The translations under genes were made by a program, and so were the position numbers. From positions 992,001 through 1,056,000 of the forward strand of contig OZ316896.1 in NCBI GenBank assembly GCA_973895155.1: DNA of 64,000 nucleotides, read 5' to 3'. Of this stretch, positions 40,537 to 51,703 are shown one piece after another; positions within the stretch are counted from its first letter, which is position 1; every line of letters starts with the position of its first letter. The notes under the pieces are model-generated. The model was not told the origin of the DNA. It made no database searches and saw only the letters and a program-made list of their open reading frames with translations. This stretch comes from Marsupella aquatica (lineage: Eukaryota > Plantae > Marchantiophyta).

Positions 40537-42060
40537 TTGGTGGAGAGTTGGGAATCACAGCTTGGCCCTAAGTTAACAGGGGAGGAGAGACGTCGCATGC
40601 ATCGATTCCTGAAGAGTTATTGGAATTGTTTTGCATTCAGCATGAAGGATTTGGGGATACTAAAGGGCCCTGGTATTCAGATTGAATTGGCTAGTGATGC
40701 GCCAATCTTTCGTAGACCATACCGTTATAGTGACATGGAGAGAGCTCTGATTCAAAGCAGAACTCAAGATTTGTTGGAGGCTGGATTGGTGGAGATTTCA
40801 TATGGGGAGTATGCATCTGCCACAGTGATGCCAGCCAAGAAGGATGTGCATGGCAATTACACAGATAGGCGCATGTGTGGTGATTACAGACCTATTAATC
40901 GCCAGACAAAATCTAATCGATATGCCATGCCCACACCTGAGGAGATCTTTGATGCTGTGGGGCATGCAAAGGTTTTGAGTTCATTGGATCTGAGGGCAGG
41001 GTACCATCAGCTTCCAATTAGGCATGCTGACAGGTCCAAGACAGCATTCTGGGGGATTGATTCTTATGGCAAAGATCGTTTGTATCAGTGGTTATTCTTA
41101 CCATTTGGGTTGAAGAATGCACCAGGTGAGTTCCAGAGAGTCATGGATCGAATCCTTGCAGGTTTGGATTTTGTCAGATGTTATATTGATGATATTTTGG
41201 TCTATTCTTCTACTGTGGAAGAACATCAACAGCACTTGCAGATTGTGTTGGAGAGATTGAGAGCACATGGGTTGAAGCTCCATCCTGGCAAGTGTAAGTT
41301 CTTCCAAGACCAGATTGAGTATTTGGGCCACACTATATACCCAGGGGGATTGGATGTACAGTAGACTAAAATGGAGGCCATTACACAGATTCCTTGTCCT
41401 ACTGATGTGAGTAGAGTTCGTGCATTCTTGGGATGGGCGAGCTACTACAGGAGGTATGTTAAAGGATTTAGCCAGCTTGCTAAACCTTTGACCATACTCA
41501 CTAAGTTGGATCAGGAATGGATTTGGGGTGATGACCAGGAGCATGCCTTTCAGGAGTTGAAGCAAAGGTTGGCATCATCGCCTATTTTGAGAAGACCCAT
41601 TTAAGGCAGACCATTTTAGCTACACACTGATTGGAGTGGAGTAGGACTTGGAGCAGTGCTGACTCAGAAGGATGATGAGGGGAATGAGTTTGTTGTGGCT
41701 TATGCTAGTAGATCAAACAATTCAGTAGAGGCTAAGTATAGCTCTTATGAGGGAGAGTGTTTGGCAGCAGTGTGGGCTGTTGCACACTTTCATTGCTACT
41801 TGTTTGGTAACCCCTTCACCTTGATCACTGATCATCAGCCTCTTAAGTGGTTAATGGAGTCTGACAAGCTTAGAGGGAAGCTTGCACGATGGGCATTGTT
41901 GTTACAAGAGTATGATTTCCAGGTGGTGCATAGGCTTGGAAAAGTGAACTTGGATGTAGATGGATTAAGCCGCAATCCATGTACCAGTCAGCAAGATGAG
42001 ACTGGAGCCAGATGGCATGATGAGTCAGATAACAAGATGGTGCCAGGATGGCATGCATCT
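40537..42060 (+). pseudogene. Reverse transcriptase and RNase H
   Basis: RMCGDYRPIN, LDLRAGYHQ, LPFGLKNAP, YIDD (41182-41193), LHTDWS, YEGECLA, TDHQPL, DGLSR. In-frame stops at 41362 and 41602. Confidence 0.95.
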
Positions 42061-42362
42061 GCCTTTCTTTGTTGGTGCCAGCATACAGTGGATCTGTGGA
42101 CTCTACCTCATTGGATGGAGTGGATGATGAGTCTTCAGATGTGGATGTTGGTGAGGTAACTTCTGGACAGCAAGATATTCACAATGATGTGACAGTGTTG
42201 GAATATCTGCGCAGTGGTTCTATTGTTGGCAGTGTTGATGCCAAGGAATGTGACAGGGTTCTACAGAGAGCCAAGAGGTTTCGATGGGAGGGAAACCATC
42301 TTTTGAGAGTACTGCATGATGGTAGAGTGTTGGTGGTCCCAAAACTATCATAGAGAGTACAT

Positions 42363-43616
42363 TTGGTGCGACATGTGCACGAGGAGTTGGGTCACTTTGG
42401 TGTAAAGTGCACTTATAGCTTGCTGGAGACACAGTATTGGTGGCGTGGTATGCACACTCATGTCCAGCAGTTGATAGCTAAGTGTGTGGTATGTGATAGA
42501 GTGAGAGCATCATTTAATGCTCCCACTCCCCAGTTGCACCCGTTGCCGATCATGGGTTTGGGATATCGTTGGAGTTTGGATTTTGCTGGTCCATTACCTC
42601 TTACCCAACGTCATAATCGGTATGTTTTGGTCATGGTGGAGCACTTCTCCAAGTGGATTGAGCTAGTGGCATTGCCAGATAAAGCCAGTGGAGGAGTTGC
42701 TGCTACATTTTTGGATCGTGTACTCAATCATTTTGGAGCACCAGTTGAGGTGTTGACTGATCAGGGAACTGAGTTCCGTGGAGAGTTTGAGAGTTTGTGT
42801 GAACAAGCTCTGATTGATCATCGTACTACCTCTCGTGATCATCCTGAGGCAGATGGATTAGCTGAGAGAGTTGTGCAAACTGTGAAGAGAGGATTGCGTA
42901 AGTATGACTTGCAGGTTGGTCATCTGGGAGATTGGGATCTCCAGCTATCTTGGTTAGCTATGGGCTACCGTTTCAGTCGGCAATCATCACTTGCATCCTT
43001 CTCACCTTACTTTTTGCTCTATGGTAGAGAGCCAGATTTGCCAGCAGCTATTCGTTGTGATGCTGCATCAGTTGTGAACTTGGATGATCCTGATGTTTGG
43101 GTCAAGGTGTGTTCAGAGAGAGCACAGGTATTTCAGCGAGTGATGCCCATGGCTTTCAACAACCTTGCCATTGCCCAACATCGTGGTACTTTGAGGTATG
43201 CCACTATTCGTGGAGGAGGTTACCGTGCAAGCATTCGGCGATTTCATCCTGGTGATTATATTTATTTGCAGCAGACAGCACCCACGACACTTGATGTGAT
43301 CGCAGGCCGGATAATCTTACGTGTGCGTGAAGTGTTGCCTTCTGGTGTCCTGATGTTGGAGGGACGCGATGGTATGGTTTGGAAGGATCATGTGCGCAAC
43401 TGTGCACCATGTCACCTTCCCAACATTGATGGTACAGTAGATCCAAGCTTGGCACATGTTCGTGCTAACTTGAAATGTATGTTGTGTGGATCTGCTCAGG
43501 GAGCAGCTACTATGTTGATTTATGATAAGTGTTTTAGAGGATGGCATATGTCATATTTGACACCACCATTGCAGGTGATTCCTAGTGGATCATGGTTGTG
43601 TCCTCAGTGTCGGTGA
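42363..43616 (+). pseudogene. Integrase with C-terminal PHD finger
   Basis: HHCC (HEELGH...CVVC); D,D,E (SLDFAGP, TDQGTEF, GLAER); PHD at 43476-43613 CMLC...LI(C>Y)DKC..GWHMS(C>Y)LTPPL..IPSGSWLCPQC. Confidence 0.93.
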
Positions 43617-43925
43617 AGCCGACTAGTTATCATTTGTGTTCTCTTGGCAGATATGGATTGCAGGTAGGTGATCGATGGGGCTCACTTGCATCCGGCCTCC
43701 TGATCTTCACACCTAAAAAGGTGTATATCAACCTTGTAAAACTCATGGCTAGCTAGAGTTAGGGGACCTTACTCCCAGCTAGGGGGGCGATTGTGGGTTT
43801 TGGACATGTGTGGACATGAGTTCCACTTGTATTCCATTCTCTTGTGTTTGTGATGTGGCAGTGTGACTATGTCTGGATGTATGTGACAAGCGATGTATGT
43901 TGTGTAGCAATATGTATGCGCACGA

Positions 43926-46895
43926 CAACCATTGTTGAGTCGGCTGAGGGCTGGGAAGACTTTGACCAAAAGATGAAAGAGGAGTTCCAAGCGGAGGATG
44001 TTGATTGGGTCACGCAGGCTACCTTCTTGGATTGGGTGAATGACAAGAACAAGAAGCTGAAGGGGCCGCAAGAGCTTCTAAGGGAGTTCAAGAGAAGGGT
44101 GTCTCAATTACCGAAGAGGGATGTGAGGATCATTGAGTTGCAGCAATCGATGCTCTTCTTGAGGGCAGCTGATGAGGACCTTCGAGAGGAGCTTGAGAAT
44201 GCGATGGAGCTGTTGGAACCTTTGAGAGTTACCTTGTCAATCAATTGGAACCAAGTTGAGAAAGTAGTGTCGAAAGTGAGCAATCAACATTGGAGGCGAG
44301 AGCTGGATAAAGAAGTGACCACTCTCGACCTAAGGCCGCCGAAACCAATATTGAGGAAAGGGAAGCAAGAACCAGCGAGGGATGAGATCAAACCAATGGT
44401 GGATGATCTCACGGAAATGATGTAGAACCTGAAGATATTGGTGGCACATGCGGTTGAGAATCCAAAACCGAGGGTTGCAAGTGCTCTCGAGAGGAAGCGA
44501 GAGATGCAAAGTTGGCCATACATGTGGTGCAACAGCAAAGAGCATGACAAGCAGGAGTGCCTGTGAGGGAAGTTGTGGATAAGGGGCTGATCGAGTTCAT
44601 CAATGAAGTTGGTCAGAAGAAGATCTATCATTTGCTGATACTGAGGAGCCAATTCCGTTCAACTCCAACAAGGGAGGCATGAAGGCTTTGGCCAAGAAGC
44701 GAGTTGAGAAGTTGTCCTCTTCACACCTGGAAGAAAATGTTTACAACGTGGAGTTGGATGGCCCCACGATGGAAATGGATAAGTTTTACAACCACTTGGC
44801 GGATCTGGTGCGAGAGAGATCCGGATGGAGTGATTCAATGCTGATCAATGCGATAATTGTTGAGGTTGGGGCTAGTTGGGATGCCTCGATCAAGTCAAAA
44901 AGGAAGAAGACCAACAAGGATGACACTCCATCTCAATCAGGGGAACTAGAGAGGCGGGATACGCGAGACAAGGAAAGGAGGGTCAGGTTCAAAGATGAGG
45001 AAATGAGTGAGAAAGAGCCGAGAAAAGGGAAGCCAATCAAAAAGGATCCGGGATGGGTGCTAGGCAGGGATGTTGACCAGGCTATGTACCCGGAGGTTGT
45101 AGCTGAGAAGTTCTGGAGCCAACAGGCTCAAGGGTTTATCAATGCCGAGTTCGTTGGCAGCATGAGGCTGGAGATCCAGGAAGCGATCTTGGAGAGATCC
45201 AAGAGGAAAGAGGATTTACAAAGAGGGCCCTCACACCTTGATGGAGGAGGTTGGCGAGATAGAAATAGGGAGTTTTTGAACCTATATTGTTGGGGTGTCT
45301 ATGGGTTCAGGAAGAGAGCTTGCTGACCCCAAAGAGTCAGACTTGGGGAAGCCAAAGAGGGTCAAGTTCCTTGGAGGGGAGCTCATGGATTGTGATGAGT
45401 TCATCAGTGCCTATTCGGAGCTAGTGGACTTGGATGATGAGTTCTTTGATGCAAAAGAGGAGCTCATGGGAGCCGGAAGTGAAGCTGAGTCTGTGGCAAA
45501 CAGGGAACCGATTGAAGGGGAAGAGCGAGAAGGCATTACTATGCAATCAAGAACCATTCATGTCATGGGCTTGATGAAAGGGAACGCTGATGCTTACCGA
45601 GATGGATAGTGGGCTCGAGCAAGTCCGAAGAGCGAGTGTCAGCTAGAAGGAATGGAAGGGAAAGTGCGGACGCTCATTGATACTAGCTCAGAGATCAACT
45701 TGATGGATCCAAAGGTGTTTCAAAAGGGGAATTGGCTGATGGATAATGAGTTGCTTCGAAGTGTGAATTCGGTGAGTTTGATGAAGGACTATCTTTGGGG
45801 CGGATGTCCAAATGTGATGGTAAAGTTCGGGAATGTCAAGCAGGCTTGTAACATTTTTGTTCACGAGCACTTGTCGTTTTCGGTGATACTGGGCATGCGC
45901 GTTCATTACTGAATGGAGGATGGAGACAAAGGTTTTTGACGACACTACCTTCATGGTGAAGGTTCGAGGCAAAGATGGCAAGGAGGTGGTTCAGTTTCCG
46001 GCTGTTCTACTGGGAAATGAGAGGAACCAAAAGTAGTTGCAAGATCCAATAATGGCAGAAGTTGGCATTGCTATGGGTGAGAACCGAGATGCTAAGATGG
46101 ATCTAAGAGTAGAGTTCAAAGGAGAGCCAATTGAGGACCAAAAGATGGGGAGTCTAGTGTTCAAGGAAGAGTGTTACTCAAGAGAGCTACTAGACATTGG
46201 GAAGTATCTAAATGACTTTGGGAAGCGACTAAAATGGGGTGGTGATGAGTTCAAAGGCATTCGAGTGAATTATGATAAGTTCATTCTTAGAGAGGGCTAC
46301 CTTGGCGGAAACCTAAAGGCCCCATGCTGGTACCGATGAGAGTTATTGATTCTAAGGATGACCAGAATCGGATTTTGGAGGAAATCTATGATGTTGAGGT
46401 CAAAGGAGGTTCGAAATCAATAAAAGCAAAGGTCTTTGAGTAGATCTGGAAGAAGTATTGGTGGCCAAATTTGTATTGGGATGTTCAAGAGTATGCTAAT
46501 AACCAAGGGATCCGTTACAACTTGAAGAGGCAGATTCAAGAGCTTGGAGTCTCGTTGGTCCAAGCATGAGTTTCTTGCGAGCTAGGTTAGGACTAGTCGA
46601 GTAGCTAGTCAGTTTTGGGAGTTTGTGAGTTGAGGAGTGTTTTTCCATCAAATTTTGAGTAGATAGCCACTCAAGGAGTTGAGCTTGACAAGTTAGAGGT
46701 AGTGGCCCGCCGTAGGGTCAGCTACCAAACTCTTGCGAGCAAGCTTACTTGAGGGCATCCATTGTAACCATTGAGAGAAAAGTAAAAAAATAAAGGAGTG
46801 AGAGTTTGCTCCAAAAAGTGTTTGTCGCGTGTCCTAGTCGCAACCAAAAATGCGTAGTTTACCCAAGGAGCCCCTAACTTCTAGTCCTCGCGACA
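43926..46895 (+). mobile_element. Degenerate, internally deleted gypsy element (gag-protease, integrase fragment, partial 3' LTR)
   Basis: gag WEDFDQKMKEEF..FLDWV; protease TLIDTSSEINLM; then a jump to pre-integrase sequence LLDIGKYL. The LTR part ~46545-46895 ends CGCGACA and matches ~47835-48184. Confidence 0.8.
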
Positions 46896-47005
46896 ACATC
46901 ATCCCATGTCGGCGAGGGTCTCTAAGATTGGAGGCTGTCGTAAAGTTCTATTGTCACTTGGAGCAATCTGAGGCACACCAGCATATCTCAAGAAGGGCCT
47001 CTGAG

Positions 47006-47292
47006 CTCGGAGGGTTGACTATCAAAAATCTTAGGAACCACGTGCGATCCAAAATAGGTATTTTTGATAGAAATTAACTAAATTTTTAAAAAGCATAGGA
47101 GGCAAAAGAAGGTATTATAAACTCATGTTTATAGAATATTCTCTAATATATACTTTTTATAAAATAAAATAGGTTATTAATATTGAAAATGGAGAATATT
47201 CTTGGAATATTTTCTTTATAAAATAGGTCTATTTATATTAGGCTAGGATCGCACGTGGTACCCCAAAATATACACTTAGTTAACCCCTCGAG
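47006..47292. mobile_element. MITE with CTCGG(A/G)GGGTT TIRs and 8-bp TSD
   Basis: Ends CTCGGAGGGTTGACTA / TAGTTAACCCCTCGAG. TSD CCTCTGAG at 46998-47005 and 47293-47300. AT-rich interior. Confidence 0.9.
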
Positions 47293-47378
47293 CCTCTGAG
47301 ATCTGGCCAACAATAATCTCAGAGACCCTCACCGAGTTTTGCATGTCGGCGAGGTGGTTGACATTGGCGATCTGACAT

Positions 47379-50300
47379 TGTCGTGCCAAAACATTTTGGC
47401 TTAGGAATGGCTTTTATATAGGTTGATGGACGAGACGTCGTTGGTCAATCGCGAGTATGCTAACTCAAAAAAGCTACTTGGTTGGTTGGAGATAAGGCTT
47501 GATGTTTGGGTGACTCATCATCGCCAGACTTGGTGTTTGGGTGAGCCTCGCTGGTGGAAGTTGGCTCGGGCAAGAAAGTTGGTTCCGAAAGCTACTTAAA
47601 GCTTGAGCTGAGGCTCATTGGGGTTTTGTGCTATTGGATCTGTTTGGCTGTTTGTTGGGCTATCTATGAGTTTGTTTGTAGGTTTGGCTCTTGGTGCTGC
47701 TAGTCTGTTGTTTCATCATTCACTGCGGGTGATGGTTTGTTGAGATTGATCGAGGAGGTTTTGGTGTCTAAGAGGTGATGTGGATTTTGGATTTGGTGGC
47801 GGTTTTGAGCTTTGAGTCTTGGGCCTTCCAGCATCAAGTCTTGTCGGTCTAGGCCCAAGTTTCTTATGAGCTAGAGTGCGATTAGTTGAGTAGCTAGTCA
47901 ATTTTGGAGGTTTGTGAGCTAAGGAGGAGGGTTTTTCAGTTAATTTTGATCAGACAGCCACTCGAGGGGTTGAGCTTGACAAGTTAGAGGTAGTGGCCTG
48001 CCATAGGGTCAACCACTAGACTCTTGCAAGCAAGTATACTCGAGAGCATCCATTGTAATCATTGAGAAAAAGTTAAAAAAATAAAGGAGTGAGAGTTTGC
48101 TCCAAAAAGTATTTGTCGCCTATTCCAATCGCAGCCAGAAACGCATAATTTACCCAAAAAGCCCCACTTCTAGTCCTTGCGACATTGGCAATCATATTGG
48201 AGAATCTTTGGGGCGATTGGTTGAGATGGGTGGCTATGACAAAGTCAATCGGATTTTGGGTATTGTCATGTCGATGATGAAAGCCATAAGGAAGGAAGAG
48301 CTCGAGGCGGAAAGGGCGAACATAGAAGCAAACAAAACTATTTGGTGTCTCTAGGAGTTCTGAAAGAGAATGGGCAGTTTGATGGGAGGAATACATGACA
48401 AGCTACCTGAAGTCTTACTTGACAGAGGCCATTGTCTACAAGATGGACAAAGAAGCGGCGGTGAAAGAGTTCATGGTGCTGGTCGAGAAGGAGTTGAGTT
48501 TGATGGTGCGAACCATCATTAACTTGACTGAGAGTTGGGAGGACTTTGATCAAAAGGTGAAAGAGGAGTTCCAAGTGAAGGATGTTGATTGGGTCACGCA
48601 GGCTACCTTCTTGGATTGGGTGAATGACAGGAACAAGAAGCTTAAGGTGCCGCAAGAGCTTCTAAGGGAGTTCAAAAGGAGGGTGTCTGAGTTACCAAAG
48701 AAGGATGTGGGAATCATCAAGTTGCAACGCTTGACACACTTCTTGAGGGCAGTTGACGAGGACCTTCGAGAGGAACTTGAGAACGCAATGGAGTTGTTGA
48801 AACCGTCAAGAGTTACCTTATGAAACGATTGGAACCAAGTCAAGAAAGCGGTGTCAAAAGTGAGTAATCGTCACCAGAGACAAGAGCTGGATAAGGAAGC
48901 GACCACTCTTGACCTAAAGCCGCCGGAACCAGCATTGAGGAAAGAGAAGCAAACCGGTGAAGGAAGAGATCAAACCAACGGTGGATGATCTCGCCATAAT
49001 GATGCAAAACCTGAAGATTTTGGCAGCACATGCGATTGAGAATTCAAAGCCAAGGGTTGCGAGTGCTCCCAAGAGAAAGTGAGAGATGCAGGGTTGGCCA
49101 TGTATGTGGTCCAACAGCAAGGAGCATGATAAGAGGGAGTGCCTGGACCTGAGGAAAGCTGCGGATAAGGGGCTGATCAAGTTCATTGGTGAGGTTTGTC
49201 AAAAGAAGATATCGTTTGTTGATACTGAGGAGCCGATTCTGTTCAACTCCAACAAGGGACTAGGCATGAAGGCTTTGGCCAAGAAGCAAGCTGGGAAGCG
49301 AGTTGAAGAGGCGTCCTCTTCACACCTAGAGGTGGATGGCCCCGTGACAAAAACGGATAAGTTCTACAAGCGCTTGGCTGATCTTGTTCGAGAAAGATCC
49401 GGATGGAATGATCCAGTGCTGATCAATGCGATAATTGTCGAGGTTGGGGCTAGCTGGGATGCTTTGGTCAAATCAAAGAGGAAGAAGACCGATGAGGATG
49501 ACACTCCATCTCAATCAAGGGAATAAGGGAGGCGGGATACGCGAGATAGGGAAAGAAGGATCAAATTCAAAGATGATGAATCAAATGGGAAAGAGCCGAT
49601 TAAGGAGAAGCCGAGCAGAAAGGATCTGGGATGGGTGCTAGGTAGGGATGTCGACCAGGCTATGTACCCGGAGGTTGTAGCTGAAAAGTTCTAGAGCCAA
49701 CAGACTCAAGGGCTTACCAATGTCGAGTTCTTTGGTAGCATGAGGCGGGAGATCCAGGAAGCGATCTTGGAGAGATCTAAGAGAAAGTGTATTTACAAAG
49801 AGGGCCCTCACACCTTGATGGGGGAGGCTGGTGAGTCAAAAATAAGAAGTTTTTAAACCTATAGTGTTGGGGTGTTTGTGGGTTCCGGAAGGGAGCTTGA
49901 TGACTCCAAAGAGTCATGCTTGGGGAAGCCAAAGAGGGTCAAGACCCTAAGAGGGAAGCCCATGGGCTGATGAGTTTGTGGATTCCAATTGCAAGCTCGT
50001 GGACTCGGATGATGAGTTCTTTGATGCGGAAGAAGAGCTCATGGGGAACGAAAGTGAAGCTGAGTCCATGACAAATAGAGAGCCGGTTGAAGAGGAAAAG
50101 TGAGAAGGCACTACTGCGCAATCAAGAACCATTTACGTCATGGGCTCGATGAAAGGGAGTGGCTATGCTTATAGAGATGGATACTGGGCTCGAGCAAACT
50201 ATCCAGAGAGTGAGTGTCAGCTCGAAGGGATGGAAGGGAAAGTGCAAGCTCTCCTTGATACCGGTTTGGAGATTAACTTGATGGATCCAAAGGTGTTTCA

Positions 50301-51190
50301 AAAGGGGAATTGGTCGGTGGACAACGAGTTGCTTTGGAGTGTGAATTTGGTGAACTTGATGAAGGACTATCATTGGGGCGGATATCCGAATGTGATGGTA
50401 AAGTTTGAAAATGTCAAACAGACTTGTAACATTTTTGTGCATGAGCACTTGTCATTTCCGGTGATACTGGGCATGCCATTCATTACAAAATGGAGGATGG
50501 AGACAAAGGTTCTTGATGACACCACCTTAATGGTGAAGGTTCAAGCAAAGATGGCAAGAAGGTGGTTCAATTTCCAGCTGTTCTACCTGGAAACGAGAGG
50601 AACAGGAAAGGGTTGAGGACTGAGTGTGCCGACTCTAGTCTAGGTCCTGAAAACAACATGGCACTTTGCTGAAAGGAGTGGATTGGCGAAGTGCTCGTTC
50701 CTTAGCTCCACATGGGGAAGGAGACACGATGGATAATGGAGAGGATGAGCCACTCGAAGGTGTAGAATCTAACTTGGAAAGGGACAACTTGGAGGTAGAG
50801 TTGGAAAGGCATTACTCATTTGTGGTCGTGCTTGTATACTCGGATACCAAATACAAGACGATTGACAAGAAGGTGAAGCCGACAGCGATGCCTTTGCCAG
50901 ATGATGCGATGGAAGTTATGGATCGAGCAAGATTGGAACCGAGGTTGAGGCCAACTGATTGGATAGGGCATAAGTTTACTCAAGAAAGTTTGTCAAGGCT
51001 TAAGATCGGTTCGGATGGGTTACAAACTAAGGTGGAACAGGTAGCATTTCAAAACATGATAATGGAGCATGACAAGGCATTCTCATTTTTGATTGACGAG
51101 ATTGGTTGTGCGGATCCGAGTAAGGTGACACCGATGGTCATCTTCACTGTCCCTCATGTTCCGTGAGATTTGAAACCGATTTTGGTTGCA
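47379..51190 (+). mobile_element. Degenerate gypsy element (5' LTR 47379-48184, gag-protease, start of pol), 3' truncated
   Basis: LTR TGTCGTG...TGCGACA followed by a TTGGC PBS-like start. Its gag closely resembles the 43926 copy. Protease ALLDTGLEINLM; pre-RT segment YKTIDKKVKP...PMVIFTVPHVP homologous to the minus-strand element. Confidence 0.85.
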
Positions 51191-51409
51191 TCGCTTCCAG
51201 AAGAGTCCTCTGAACACTGAAAATATAGTGGGCATAGTCCTTTTTCAAAGAACAAGTGAGACCTTAATTAGAATTAGTCAAAAAGCTGTTTGGACCCCAT
51301 GATTAAGCCCGTGACAAAATAAGCTCTTGTATATTATGTTCATTGGAGCACATTTATAGAGCTCTCTTACTAGAATTTACTTCCCAAGTCAAAGGAATAG
51401 TCCCGGACT

Positions 51410-51703
51410 CTCGGGGGGGTTGACTATCAAAAATCTTAGGAACCATGTGCGATCCAAAATATGTATTTTTTTATAGAATTAACTAAATTTTTAAAAAGCG
51501 TAGGAGGCAAAAGAAGGTATTATAAACTCATCTTTATAGAATATTCTCTAATATATGTACTTTTTATAAAATAAAATAGGTTATTAATTAATATTGAAAA
51601 TAGAGAATATTTTTGGAATATTTTCTTTATAAAATAGGTCTATTTATATTAGGCTAGAATCGCACGTGGTACCCCAAAATATACACTTAGTTAACCCCCC
51701 GAG
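51410..51703. mobile_element. MITE, second copy of the 47006 family
   Basis: Ends CTCGGGGGGGTTGACTA / TAGTTAACCCCCCGAG. TSD CCCGGACT at 51402-51409 and 51704-51711. Near-identical to 47006-47292. Confidence 0.92.

Larger units (their letters stand above)
36211..43925 (+). mobile_element. Ty3/gypsy LTR retrotransposon encoding a C5 DNA methyltransferase and a PHD finger (Selgy-like architecture plus DNMT); both LTRs truncated by neighbours
   Basis: A partial 5' LTR/leader (36211-~36900) precedes the gag-DNMT-RT-RH-INT-PHD coding region (37012-43616). PPT-like AGGGGGGCGA at 43781-43790, and a 3' LTR starting TGTGGG at 43792 that is cut off at ~43925. Confidence 0.88.
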
